From Savitreella phatthalungensis (Eukaryota), in NCBI GenBank assembly GCA_051599415.1, contig AP039703.1, positions 1 through 64,000 on the forward strand: a DNA stretch of 64,000 bases. Reading direction: 5' to 3'. Position numbers and translations under genes: made by a program. Shown one piece after another: positions 19,295 through 29,700 of the stretch. The notes below the pieces were generated by a model, which did not search any database, was not told where the DNA came from, and saw only the letters and a list, made by a program, of their open reading frames with translations. Positions within the stretch are counted from its first letter, which is position 1; every line of letters begins with the position of its first letter.

Positions 19295-20467
19295 CTATAA
19301 TCCGTTGCCGGCCAGGAACGACAGAATCGCCTGAGTAGAGTTACGAGCGTCAGTATGAAGCTGCAAGGCGTGGCCGGCATCAGGTTGCAGCAGGACTGAG
19401 AAGTTACGCGAGCGTGGAAAGAGAAGTGATGCGCTGTCAAGAACTGTCGACACATTGCTGACGCCTGTAGCGGAGCAATTACCGCCGCAGAAAATGAAGT
19501 CCCGATTACCCGTGTTTACGGCAACAGGGCCAGTAAAGTTGGTCTGCACAGTGCCCTGACCGAGCGTCACGAGCTCGCCCATGGTCACTGGCTGCTTTCG
19601 AGACTCGGCGAGCTGGAGCACATCTTGCTGGAAATATGGGTAATGGAAGAAGTCGAGTTGATTGTTGTAGATATCAGACCAGACGAGGTAGGAACTTGGC
19701 AAACGGCGCGTCGATGTGTTGAAGCGCGAGGGCTGGTTCTGTGCCGCGATCTTCGGATTGAAGCCTGCAAATGTCTGGGGTACCCATGTGGCGTTTGCAG
19801 AGAATCCAGTGAGGACGATACCGCTTACCAGGGAAGGGTAGCGATTGACAAAGCCATTCGAGATGATCGATCCATATGAGTGTCCGACGAGGACAGTCCG
19901 ATTGTAGCTGCGGGTCTGTCCGACAAGAGAGCCATTCGATGCAGCCTGCACGACACTGCGAACGACCTCAATATGTGTGGCAGTTTGGACCTGGTTCCGG
20001 CCATCCGGAAAAGAAGAGTTGCCACAGCCTAGACGGTCGATTGCGAGGACAGGATAGCCTGCGGCTAAAGCGTAGTTTGCAAATGACGTACGGTTGTTGT
20101 TCGTTGAGTTGTAGCTCGAGAACCAGTAGTCCTTCGAGAACCCAATACCGTGGATTGCGAGGATGAGAGGCTTGCTGGTGTTTACGGACGATGCGTTTGA
20201 AGGCGTGCAGAATGTGGCGGTGATATTGTACCTGGCGATGTTCTGGTAAGTGCCATTGATGAAGTACTGTGCCTGAGGCTGGGGTTGCTGCAGGTAGCGC
20301 TCGACAAAGGCCGTGACGAGGGTCTGGTTTTGAGGCAGTGCAGCTGTCGTGTTGCTTAGAAGCACGTTTGTTGCGTTGACAGACACCGGGATGGTGATGT
20401 TACGGCATTGCTGGGCCAATGTGAGTCGAAGGAGCGCGACCAGCAGCAGTAAGGCGTCGAAGAGCAT
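19295..20467 (-). CDS. Secreted alpha/beta hydrolase
   Basis: Signal peptide, HGIGFSKDYW, DRLGCGNS, nucleophile GHSYG, AGHALQLH, many N-glycosylation sequons. Confidence 0.9.
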   Translation of the reverse strand: MLFDALLLLVALLRLTLAQQCRNITIPVSVNATNVLLSNTTAALPQNQTLVTAFVERYLQQPQPQAQYFINGTYQNIARYNITATFCTPSNASSVNTSKPLILAIHGIGFSKDYWFSSYNSTNNNRTSFANYALAAGYPVLAIDRLGCGNSSFPDGRNQVQTATHIEVVRSVVQAASNGSLVGQTRSYNRTVLVGHSYGSIISNGFVNRYPSLVSGIVLTGFSANATWVPQTFAGFNPKIAAQNQPSRFNTSTRRLPSSYLVWSDIYNNQLDFFHYPYFQQDVLQLAESRKQPVTMGELVTLGQGTVQTNFTGPVAVNTGNRDFIFCGGNCSATGVSNVSTVLDSASLLFPRSRNFSVLLQPDAGHALQLHTDARNSTQAILSFLAGNGL

Positions 20468-20593
20468 TCTTCAAAAAAGCAATATTGGCTCTTTTCGACA
20501 TCATAGAAGTATATATACATCTTTTGTGTGCTTTCAACGTCACCTGTCGTGCCGGGCGTCATTTCTGCACGGTCGATCCAGTGGCTTCGGAAT

Positions 20594-21580
20594 TCATTTA
20601 GTGACGTCAACTTCCACCAGTATTTTTCCCCCGCGAGATACACAGATCCGCCCGGTTTGTGGATTGACAATCACCGAGAGATCTGATGCTGGGAGAACGC
20701 AAGGTCTTTTGAAAGCCACGCTCACTTTCGTTCCGTCAAGCCCGCTCTGCCGAAGGGCTAGCGCAAGTACGTGATTGCCGTGCGCAATCTTATTGGGAAA
20801 TCCAAGAGCCTTTGCCGCCAGGCCTGAGTGATGAATCGGATTATAGTCCTTGCAAACTTGCGCCCAAGTCTTCGGAATCTCATACGTCAAGACTAGCGAC
20901 CGCGACTCCCCGGAGCAAGTGTTAGCTTGCTGAACGGCTTGTGCAGTCTCTGCTGGGTATCGATGCCGCTGCAGAAATTGTAGAAGCCTCACTTCTTGTG
21001 TAAAGACGAGCCGGCCGTGATGGAGTACACGGATGTGCACGTCGAACTCAAGCCCGCTTTTGACACGTCGACCCTCCATGCCTGCACCGCCAAACTGAGC
21101 TTCCACATTGACCTCTTCTCCGTAAACAGAATCAGCGAGCTTCTCGTCCCAACTGAAAGTGTTGGAAACGTTGACAGCCCCGAGCGGCATAATCGGACAA
21201 TTCGGATGAGCCAAGATGACGAGGACAAGTGGAGTGGTCACTGCCGCCCAGACCATGCGCGTCGCCAAGCCTGAATGTTGCGGTACAGCTCGATCGTACT
21301 TCCGAAGCACGTCATTGTCCACACAGAGCGTGGCCTCAACGGCGATTCGCGGCAGAATGAAGCATTGCCTGGCGCAGTCGTAGTGTAAGTCGGGTCGGAC
21401 TATGTACTTTTTCAGTATACAGAAAAGCAGCGTAATGATGTCGCGAGTGCCTATTTCTGCGAGATCCCCGGACAGTCTGTAGAGGGGTCCTACCTTATCC
21501 AGCAGTAGCGCGCGTGTCGCCCTGCCCAGACAGAGGTAACAGAGACCTGCTGCCAGCACAAAGGGCAAGAAAAACAGCAT
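20594..21580 (-). CDS. MaoC-like (hotdog) dehydratase-domain protein with N-terminal membrane anchor
   Basis: DYNPIHHSGLAAKALGFPNKIAHG, PLGAVNV, VAFKRP. ATG at 21580. Confidence 0.85.
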   Translation of the reverse strand: MLFFLPFVLAAGLCYLCLGRATRALLLDKVGPLYRLSGDLAEIGTRDIITLLFCILKKYIVRPDLHYDCARQCFILPRIAVEATLCVDNDVLRKYDRAVPQHSGLATRMVWAAVTTPLVLVILAHPNCPIMPLGAVNVSNTFSWDEKLADSVYGEEVNVEAQFGGAGMEGRRVKSGLEFDVHIRVLHHGRLVFTQEVRLLQFLQRHRYPAETAQAVQQANTCSGESRSLVLTYEIPKTWAQVCKDYNPIHHSGLAAKALGFPNKIAHGNHVLALALRQSGLDGTKVSVAFKRPCVLPASDLSVIVNPQTGRICVSRGGKILVEVDVTK

Positions 21581-21708
21581 TGCCGTTGACACGAAACCGA
21601 CGAGCTGGAGTTTTATCACGTGTCGCGATGCATCTTACGGAACCCTGGTTTCGGGGGATTTAATTGATCGGGTGGGGAAGCTTAGAAGCAGCCTTCCTAA
21701 CCGACGAC

Positions 21709-22305
21709 ATGACTGTTCTTGCCAGCTACACAACCAACCTGGGCAACGTGGCATGGTGTCTAGCGACTACAGCCTCAGCCTACGCGCTGTTTGCGAATCT
21801 AGGCGCGGCTGAGTATGGCATCATGCCAGTGGTGTCGCAGCGCAAGGTCGAGGCCCAAGCGCAGAAGCGTAACGACGGAGACGAGGCACTGGCCAAGATT
21901 AGCGGATCTCTCACGCACGCACAACGTTCGCAGCTCTTCACGTTCTTCTATGATCGTGCCAAGAACCGCATTGTGCCTTCCATTGTCATCGGCACCTTGA
22001 GCTTCGGCACAGTCGCGTATTTGCTTCCTGCACGCGACGGCTTCCTCCAGGCTCGCAACGCTGCGATTCTTGGGGCTATCTCGTTCGCTGCTGCAATTCC
22101 TGTCACCTTGCGACTACTTATGCCTACGAACAAAGTGCTGATTTCTGTCATGAAGGGCGACACGGTGAAGGAGTCTTACGTGCCAAAACTGCTGGAGCGC
22201 TGGAATCGTGCGCATTTGGTGCGAATCGTACTCTTTGCCATCAGCTTTGGCAGTGCCCTCATCCTGCGCGAGTCTCTCGGAGAGCTTCGTCTAGCACGGC
22301 CATAA
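21709..22305 (+). CDS. DUF1772/anthrone-oxygenase-like membrane protein
   Basis: Four hydrophobic helices, IPVTLRLLMPTNKVL, LLERWNRAHLVR. Confidence 0.75.
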   Translation: MTVLASYTTNLGNVAWCLATTASAYALFANLGAAEYGIMPVVSQRKVEAQAQKRNDGDEALAKISGSLTHAQRSQLFTFFYDRAKNRIVPSIVIGTLSFGTVAYLLPARDGFLQARNAAILGAISFAAAIPVTLRLLMPTNKVLISVMKGDTVKESYVPKLLERWNRAHLVRIVLFAISFGSALILRESLGELRLARP

Positions 22306-23944
22306 GCGCTATACATTTCTCTTCCTGTAGTTGCGGCGTGACGACCTGCACACCAACATTGAGACCAACCATGTCATCAGCGTTGTAAATTGCCGGGGAT
22401 TTCATGAACCCTTGATACATAGCCGCGTGAAATACCCCTTGCCAGCCTTTGTATGTGTCCTTGCCCTCGAGCGCATCTTTGACGGGATCTACCTGCGTGA
22501 CAGGTACAACGCCGGCTGGATAGTCAAGCAAATTGTACAGGTAGGTGGTGGTGGCCACAGGTAAGATTTCTCGCGTTTCGCCATGCTTGACGGCCGGCAG
22601 CGGATAGACTGGGCAAATGATCGCATCGAATCCTCCAGCTCGCCAGATGTTGTCGAGCCAGTGCTGCTTGAGGTCACTGCGTGTCCAATTCCATTTGGAC
22701 AACTCGTCCCAGGACTGTTTGCCACAGATCCTCAGAAGATCAGTAAACTGTCTGTCCTTGAAGTATCCGTCAAGAGCGAAGCCAAGCAATTGCCTGACAA
22801 AACGTGGCAACGGCGGAAACACCATCTCCATGGCCACATTACGCTCCCAGGGATCCTTCCCGAGCAGCTTCTTCATTCCTACATTGCCGTCAGCGGACGT
22901 CAGCGCAACGAAGCAGTGCACAGCCTCCGAGACGCGTGGCGGTACGATCTCCTCGCAGATGTGGCCCTGCGCACGTAGAGCAGCGACAGCCTCCTCCACG
23001 GCACGTCTACACGCCGGAGAGACCTTACTGAACGTATCATCGACATAATACGCGAACCTCTGCCTGCCCTTAGCTTCGTACTTCCGATGTGGAATCTGCA
23101 AGGTGCTTGAATCCACTAGCCATGGCTCGTCCTCGAGCACCACCTGCCACAAAAGCTCAATGTCTTCCACAAATCTACCCATCGGCCCAGAGACCGGCTT
23201 GATGCCGAGATTCTCTGCAGATCGGTCAAAGTCGAACATGCCTTTTCGTGGCCAGCGGTCTTCGCTCGGCTTCAATGAATAGCCCCCTGAGAAGTGCGTT
23301 GGATAGCGTAGCGAACCAGCAATGTCTGTACCAATTCCCAAGGCGGACGATCCAGAGCCTAAGCTGGCACCTTCGCCTCCGGAGGAACCTCCGCAAGTAT
23401 AATCGGGGTTCGCCGGATTGCCCGTCTTGCCAAAAATCGGATTCGAAGACTCGTTCGTCATCAGTGTCTGCGGCACATTGGTCTTGAACATGATGATGGC
23501 ACCGTTGCGACGGAGACTGCTGACCAGCACCGCATCGTTCGATGCTGGATCATCACAGTACCGGGAAATACCGACACTCGAGTCGAGCCCGCGCACATCG
23601 AACTGATCTTTGATACTGCAGGGAACGCCTTGCAGTTTGCCGCGTTTGTCCGGATTCGCATCCTGCTGGCGCGCTTTGTCGAGAGCCTCGACGATCATGC
23701 ATTCCGTGATAAAGTTCAACCGCGCGTGTTGCTCTAGCGCCTTCCTTGCAAAGGCGGCCACTGTCTCGATTGCTTTCCATTCGCCAGCTCGACATTTGTC
23801 AGCAATGGTCTTCGCGCTTGCGGCAAGGATCTCGCCATCATAGGCAGAGGAGGGAATGGCCGCTAGGGCTTCGGAAGCTTTTGCAAGCGCTAGCGTCCTC
23901 TCGCTCGTCTTCTTGGCTAGAGCCTGTTCGAATGTCAAAGTCAT
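22259..23944 (-). CDS. Amidase-signature family enzyme (acetamidase/FAAH-like)
   Basis: GVPCSIKD, KTNVPQT, GGSSGGEG, GTDIAGSLRYP. ATG at 23944. Confidence 0.93.
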   Translation of the reverse strand: MTLTFEQALAKKTSERTLALAKASEALAAIPSSAYDGEILAASAKTIADKCRAGEWKAIETVAAFARKALEQHARLNFITECMIVEALDKARQQDANPDKRGKLQGVPCSIKDQFDVRGLDSSVGISRYCDDPASNDAVLVSSLRRNGAIIMFKTNVPQTLMTNESSNPIFGKTGNPANPDYTCGGSSGGEGASLGSGSSALGIGTDIAGSLRYPTHFSGGYSLKPSEDRWPRKGMFDFDRSAENLGIKPVSGPMGRFVEDIELLWQVVLEDEPWLVDSSTLQIPHRKYEAKGRQRFAYYVDDTFSKVSPACRRAVEEAVAALRAQGHICEEIVPPRVSEAVHCFVALTSADGNVGMKKLLGKDPWERNVAMEMVFPPLPRFVRQLLGFALDGYFKDRQFTDLLRICGKQSWDELSKWNWTRSDLKQHWLDNIWRAGGFDAIICPVYPLPAVKHGETREILPVATTTYLYNLLDYPAGVVPVTQVDPVKDALEGKDTYKGWQGVFHAAMYQGFMKSPAIYNADDMVGLNVGVQVVTPQLQEEKCIALMAVLDEALRETRAG

Positions 23945-23998
23945 GGTCCGGCGTGTCGGCAGAAAAAAAAGGATATGCTGCCCCGCTTTATGACGCAC

Positions 23999-24628
23999 AT
24001 GCTACCGACTCCAGATACGTCCCATGTGACCGGCAAAGATGTCTACGAGCCAGCCGAGGATTCATATGCACTACTAGACGCCCTCGAGGCTGATCGCGAT
24101 TGGCTCGTAGGACGCTTTACGACTCCTTTGCTGATCGATCTGGGCTGCGGCAGTGGAATAGCCGGTGCCTTTCTGGGCTCGCACTTCTTTCCTGGCGGAT
24201 TAGCATTTGCTATCGACATCAATGTACTGGCATGCGAGGTCAGTGCTTTAACGCTTCGCAAGGCAAGGCTCACGGTAGCAACGGATGTCCTTCAGGCGGA
24301 TCTACTGTCTACAGTCAGGGACAAATCCGTAGATATCCTGCTTTTTAATCCACCGTATGTACCGACGGAAGTAGCAGAAATCTACCGCGATGGAGATAGA
24401 AATCCCCTGCGTGCGGCTTGGGCGGGCGGTCAGGACGGCCTATGGCACGTGTGGCAAGTAGTGGAGGAACTCAACCGAATACTGACCGCGAATGGGGTCG
24501 CCTATCTCGTGCTGGTCGCGCGTAACCGGCCGATCGAGTTCATGGCCCAGTGCGGCATGTCTGCGGAGATCGTTCTCAAGCGAAAGGCTGGGCGCGAGCA
24601 CCTCCATATTCTTCGGCTGATGCGTTAA
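23999..24628 (+). CDS. MTQ2: eRF1 glutamine methyltransferase (Mtq2/N6AMT1)
   Basis: MLPTP, VYEPAEDSYALLDAL, DLGCGSG, FNPPYVPT, AWAGG. Confidence 0.92.
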   Translation: MLPTPDTSHVTGKDVYEPAEDSYALLDALEADRDWLVGRFTTPLLIDLGCGSGIAGAFLGSHFFPGGLAFAIDINVLACEVSALTLRKARLTVATDVLQADLLSTVRDKSVDILLFNPPYVPTEVAEIYRDGDRNPLRAAWAGGQDGLWHVWQVVEELNRILTANGVAYLVLVARNRPIEFMAQCGMSAEIVLKRKAGREHLHILRLMR

Positions 24629-24837
24629 GCGTACCTGTCCGCGTCCAGCTCGACCTTGCGAACGTATCGTCCCGGGATTACGATAAGACCGACAAATCTA
24701 TGCTCAGACCCGCGCCATTCATTAGTATCCCCAAGAACTGTGTTACCGTCACGATCCGTACAGTAGAAAGTGCCGACGAAACGTCGACCGTCCGTCACCT
24801 CCACTCGCAGCACCTGATCGATGAGATCGTGAAGCAT
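24625..24837 (-). CDS. MAK31: NatC Sm-like subunit Mak31/NAA38
   Basis: LRVEVTDGRRFVGTFYCTDRDGNTVL...RFVGLIVIPG, an Sm fold. Confidence 0.8.
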   Translation of the reverse strand: MLHDLIDQVLRVEVTDGRRFVGTFYCTDRDGNTVLGDTNEWRGSEHRFVGLIVIPGRYVRKVELDADRYA

Positions 24838-24869
24838 GCGGTGCGGATTGTACCTAATCGACAGATATA

Positions 24870-26789
24870 AAGTCGAATTACCGAAACCTGGACACGTGTT
24901 ATCATGGACACAAAAAAATACTATGTTTCTGTCGCTTCTTCGCCGAGGCCTTCCTCGTAGACTGCGCAGTGCTCGATGGGAGCACCTCTGCTAGGGCTGT
25001 ACGCACGCCAGCCTCGCCCTTAGCCTGTAGCCAAGCCTCTGGATCAATCTTAGCCTTCTTAGCCTCGTCTAGCACGAACTGCCAGCGTGCATCTGAGATC
25101 TCACTGCCTAGCAGGCCTAATAGCCAGTCCATCGAGGCAAACATCGCCTGTGGATGTACCCTGTGCACAGTGCGAGTGAGCCTGCCCTGGAGGGTTTCTA
25201 TGGTGGCCAGGGCATCCTCCAATTGAGCACTGGCGCTCTCAAAGCGCGTGTGCAGCTCCTCATAGTGCGAGGCGAATTGTGTGCGATCTAGCAGTGCGCT
25301 GTCCAGGATGTCTAGCTGCGTTTTGCCTGCCTTCAGCACCAGTGATTGCGTTCTTTTTGGAGGTAAAGGAGTGCTGCCAAGTAGATTAGTAGGCAGTGGT
25401 TGTAGAGGCGATCATAGAGCAGCGCTGCTGTCCTCAACGCCGCCCTGTACCTCGCATCGGTGCTTCGCTAGCCCTCAGCAAATAGCATCCATGTGATAGG
25501 GGTTTATACCTGCTGCCTTGAAGCCAGAAAGGATGTTTTTGCGCGTCATTGCTGCATTGAAGGCTGCACAGAAGGCCTTGATAAACTGCACGCGCGTGAT
25601 TGACTTTCCACCTTGCCTGTAGGATAAGGCCTTCACCTGTTCGCTGTATTTCCTCTTGAGAGGCGAGAATATAGCTAGGTCAAGAGGCTGTGTGATGTGT
25701 GAAGAGTGCGCAGGCAGGTAGACCAGTTTAAGATCGTTTTTCGCACATAGGTATAGAAACCTGTGTGTAATGTGAGGTCCTGCGCCATCTATCACCAGGA
25801 TGCGCGTTCTCTGTGGCTCGCTAGCAGTAGCAGGCAGGAAGATGTCCAGCAGCCAGCTGCACATGATCTCTGAAGTGGCGAAGCCGTTCGAAGAGTGAAA
25901 TGCGCGTACCACGCTGCCTGGAGGTCCTAGGTATGCTGCCTCATCTGGCGGCCTTGTTCCTTCCTCCTTAGCCTTGGCCCATGCCTTGATCTTTGCCTCT
26001 GTGCGTTTGAAGATGAGGATTGGCGGTAGATGCGCGCCTGCTGCAGAGATACAGGCTAGGCAGGTGATTGTTTCACGATTTCCATTGTCTGCTGCGTAGT
26101 TCGCAGTTCCTTGGACCTTTCCCACAGGAACCACTACCTGTGTGGTCTGTGAGCGTCCCACCATGAGGCCAGATTCGTCAGCGTTCCATACGTCTTCAGG
26201 CTGCACACTGTGCGCGGTAAGGTAGCTGCCTAGGCGCTGCCAATACGCGTCCACAGCAGCTGGATTCACCGCGTATAGGCGCGCGTGGTCAATGCGCCTT
26301 GCCAGAGTAGTCTCAATGGTAGGGTGACGCCTTTTGAAGGAGTCAAACCACCTTCCACCGAGCCAGTCTGTGTTTCCGCGAGATCTGTAAAAAAGATCTG
26401 CTAGGTCCTGCACCTCTACAGGCATCATAGGATAACCTGCAGCTGCTCTGCTGTTGACTATGTCAAGGACAGCCTGCTCCTGTGTCTTGGTGAGTCTCTG
26501 GCGTTCTTCTGCTGCTGTGTGGTAGCCCCTATTGCCATTGGAAAGGCGAAGGTGCAAAGAACTGGAGGATACGTCAAATTCTGCTGCTGCTTCGCGAATA
26601 GAGATAGCTCCTGCCTCCTTTCCCTCCAGGTAGTACTCCACAGCCGCCTGCATGCGTAGCTCCTTCTCATGGTCCTTCATAGCAGGTATTGGCTGAATAG
26701 CAGTGTCTTGAAGGTCAAGGTGCTCTGTCAAGACGCGTCTAAATTACGTGTCCATGATAACACGTGTCCAGGTTTCGGTAATTCGACTT
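24870..26789. mobile_element. pogo/Fot1-type (Tc1/mariner superfamily) DNA transposon, 1920 bp
   Basis: Perfect 42-bp TIRs (24870-24911 and 26748-26789: AAGTCGAATTACCGAAACCTGGACACGTGTTATCATGGACAC). TA at 24868-69 and 26790-91. Internal transposase. Confidence 0.96.
24902..26680 (-). pseudogene. pogo/Fot1 transposase (HTH-psq, CENP-B HTH, DDE) interrupted by two in-frame TGA codons
   Basis: SIREAAAEFDV, WFDSFKRRHP, WNADESG, LVIDGAGPH, HSSHITQPLDLAIFSPLK. TGA at 25475-77 and 25412-14 lie in the same frame as the 24902-25339 ORF. Confidence 0.88.
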
Positions 26790-26860
26790 TACATATTTCG
26801 CAAGGAATTGGACCAGATATCTATCTTTGTACGCTTTAAACTTCGATCCAATCGTTGCCC

Positions 26861-28027
26861 TCATTCAGTCGTGTTTATGGTGATTGGCTTGATCCCCGAG
26901 AGGGCACCATATCTCTCGAGCTCGAACTTTCCGTCTCCATTTTTCTCATAGACTCCGCGCTCTGTGACAATGCCATCAATAAGCTCGTGCGGAGTGACGT
27001 CAAATGCGGGATTCCATACTTGCACCTCCGGCAAGCAGACCTCGACGTGACCACGCATGACGACTCCGGCTTGATCTCGCTTGATTGTGATGCCATCGTC
27101 CTCAAAGAGAGCACCGGAGACTTGACGCACTTCCGATGCCGCGCGCTCTTCGACGACGATGTCTTGGCCCGTCTTCGTGTCGAGATCGATCGTTGTCCAC
27201 GGCGCTGCAACCAGGAACTTGATGTCTCCGAAGTGCCTGGCGAGGACCGCGAGCTGGTAGGTACCGATTTTGTTAGCTGTGTCTCCGTTGGCAGCGACTC
27301 GGTCTGCACCGACAACGATCGCGCGCACTGGCGATGTGGACGTTCTCTTATTGGCTCCCGCCAGCAGGGCCGCGATCGACGAGTCTAAAACCATGGAAGA
27401 CGGAATCTTGTCGTACAGCAATTCCGTAGATGTCAGGCGAGCTCCTTGATTGTAAGGGCGAGTCTCGCAGAAGTAGCACATATCGAGCTGCTTCCGGGCA
27501 TGCAGGTTGTTGACAATTGAATAAGCTGTGCCATATCCCGCCGTTGCGAGTGAGCCAGTGTTGCAGATCGTCAAGATCGACAACGGTGCGTTCGAACCTT
27601 GCAGTATAAAGTCTGCTCCATGCTTTCCAATGGCTAAATTGTCCTGCACATCAGCTCGCAGCATCTCTTCAGCCGCTGTTCTGACTGTCGAACGTAAATC
27701 TCCTCCCTCGGCGACCACCTTCTTTAGCTTTTGGGCGGCGTCATGAAGATTGACGGCTGTCGGCCTTGATGTAACCAGGTAGTCTAATCTTTCAGAAATC
27801 CATGTCTGTAGATCATTCTCCTGATGCCGGCTGAGCTCGACAGCAAGTCCGAGAACCGCCACAAGAGCTATTGCCGGCGCGCCTCGAACCTTCATCTGCT
27901 TAATGGCTGCGTGCGCATCCTCGCACGTTGTGATCGGAATGTAGAGCATGTTGTGCGGAACCTTGAGCTGGTCGAGTATGCTGAGGGTGCTCGCCACTCC
28001 ATCATAGCGAATAGCTTGCAGTACCAT
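26861..28027 (-). CDS. MRI1: Methylthioribose-1-phosphate isomerase
   Basis: LDQLKVP, VRGAPAI, SRPTAVNL, CNTGSLATAGYGTA, ETRPYNQGARLT, GADRVAANGDTANKIGT, WNPAFDVTP. ATG at 28027. Confidence 0.96.
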   Translation of the reverse strand: MVLQAIRYDGVASTLSILDQLKVPHNMLYIPITTCEDAHAAIKQMKVRGAPAIALVAVLGLAVELSRHQENDLQTWISERLDYLVTSRPTAVNLHDAAQKLKKVVAEGGDLRSTVRTAAEEMLRADVQDNLAIGKHGADFILQGSNAPLSILTICNTGSLATAGYGTAYSIVNNLHARKQLDMCYFCETRPYNQGARLTSTELLYDKIPSSMVLDSSIAALLAGANKRTSTSPVRAIVVGADRVAANGDTANKIGTYQLAVLARHFGDIKFLVAAPWTTIDLDTKTGQDIVVEERAASEVRQVSGALFEDDGITIKRDQAGVVMRGHVEVCLPEVQVWNPAFDVTPHELIDGIVTERGVYEKNGDGKFELERYGALSGIKPITINTTE

Positions 28028-28113
28028 ACTTGGCTTCGCCTTGGACCTCGAAGGTCTTTGAGACAAATAAACTTCATAAAGAGAATTACGTGCATCGTGA
28101 TTTTTTGTCCCGC

Positions 28114-28698
28114 ATGACGCGCATCGTGGCAGCTCGCATCGACCCGAGGATCGTCGTGCTCGATCTCGCCGGGACAATTGACTATAAATCATATAAAACG
28201 ACGCGTGTGAATCAAGGAACCGCGCTGAAGACATGTAAAAGTATTCGTCGATTCAGTGGGGTTTCGAACTGACCGCCAGGCCATGTCGCTCGCAGACACA
28301 GCTTCTATCCCATAACGAGCCCACCTTCGCGCGATGTGTGGAACGTCTTCGATTGCGAAGGCCGCGACACTTTGGAAATCTCCGTTCTCGAACGTCATCC
28401 ATACACAACGCAGACGTTCGTACCCCTCAGCGCCAAGAATTCATCCGACGCCTTCGTGGTCGTAGTCACAAGTTCTGACCCAAAGACTGGCCTACCGGAT
28501 CTCTCCACAGCCCGAGCCTTTCTGTTGCATTCCGGACAAGCGGTTCAGTACGATGCGAATCAGTGGCATGCACCAATGTTAGCCCTACGCGCAATGCGTT
28601 TCCTCGTCGCAAATGCGGAGAATGCAACTTCGGATGACTTGCAGGAGTTCGGGCTGGAGCGAAAGCTATTTGTAGACCTTACATCGGCACGCCTATGA
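28114..28698 (+). CDS. DAL3: Ureidoglycolate lyase, join(28114..28234,28280..28698), PTS1 (-ARL)
   Basis: NQGTALK in exon 1; LERHPYTTQTFVPL and WHAPM in exon 2. A 45-nt intron (GTAAAA...CTGAC...CAG) joins them in frame. Confidence 0.88.
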
Positions 28699-29067
28699 TC
28701 TGTCCAAGACATTGTCTTTCTGGCCCGGTAGCCGTTCAATCCTCTTCTGTTCCCAGTCATCATCCCAATGCTTGTTTTCGAGACCAGCAGACTGTAACCT
28801 GTAGTACTCATCGCGCGCGTTGACTTTGCGCCTGCCATGTTCCAGTCCAAGAGCCTCCTCACTCGAGAGCAATTTGACTTTCGCATCGCGCCGTTCATAG
28901 CGAACTGTCTGCGTATTGCTCAGCACAAATGCACCAGCGAGGATAATTCCAATGAACGGAACACCGAAGAGCAGGACCGGTCGAGCAGCCACACGCTTGT
29001 ATAAGCGTTGGGAGGCTGGCAGCGGCTCACCTGGCCTTCGGTACGTTTTCGCTTCAAAGGTCGGCAT
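28693..29067 (-). CDS. COX16: Cytochrome c oxidase assembly factor Cox16
   Basis: PVLLFGVPFI..TM..RYERRDAK, RRKVNARDEYYRL, DDWEQKRIERLPG. Confidence 0.9.
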   Translation of the reverse strand: MPTFEAKTYRRPGEPLPASQRLYKRVAARPVLLFGVPFIGIILAGAFVLSNTQTVRYERRDAKVKLLSSEEALGLEHGRRKVNARDEYYRLQSAGLENKHWDDDWEQKRIERLPGQKDNVLDRS

Positions 29068-29183
29068 GACGTACCGTGCCCAACAGCTGGCAGGACGACG
29101 TGTTCAAACACAACCTTGATATCGTCAATATACACAGGAGATCAAATAGGTATGTATGACGTCGAGGGCGCGTGAGAATTTGA

Positions 29184-29700
29184 TCAAACCCGTCCCTTAA
29201 CCACATTCCACCACATCCAGGCACCCAATCCAGTGCACTGCCAAACCTGCAACCACAACGACAGACACACGCCGACACGCCAGGGGACACCTGAAGAAGA
29301 GGTAGGAGATCAAATTACCCCCTCATCATCAGTAGGAACTTACCAAAATATTAAAAACTTTTGATAAAGTTCCTTGGACTTCGTCTCCGGACGACACGTT
29401 GCCCGCTTTGGCTCTTTTCTCCGTGCCGAGCGGGCCGTTCCCGGTTCATAGAACACACTCACGGCGACCTCCCAGCCAATGTCAAGCGGATGCGAAGGCG
29501 TGCCTCGGCGCTCATAACGGTGCGCACTGGGTGGTTTCGTGGACAGACCCCGACGAATGAATATGGTATCTGATGCAAAGTCCGCAGCGTCCCCTGAATC
29601 CCTGCATCATACATGTGACATTCTACGTGCGAATGCGGTGTTTTGATCGCGACGTCGTGCCGTCGTCCTCGAGATCCTCGAATCGAGAAAGAATCCACTA
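29184..29700 (-). CDS. Possible small spliced membrane-protein gene (5' end unresolved)
   Basis: A canonical intron, 29343->29291 (GTAAGT...TTCAG), joins ...GTLSKVFNILG to VPWRVGVCLSLWLQVWQCTGLGAWMWWNVVKGRV* in frame. Upstream exons are uncertain. Confidence 0.35.

Noticed and set aside
25412..25477. TGA reassignment or an alternative genetic code
   Set aside because: Host genes in the window end in TGA (for example at 10259, 18729, 43001, 61106). Point mutation is simpler.
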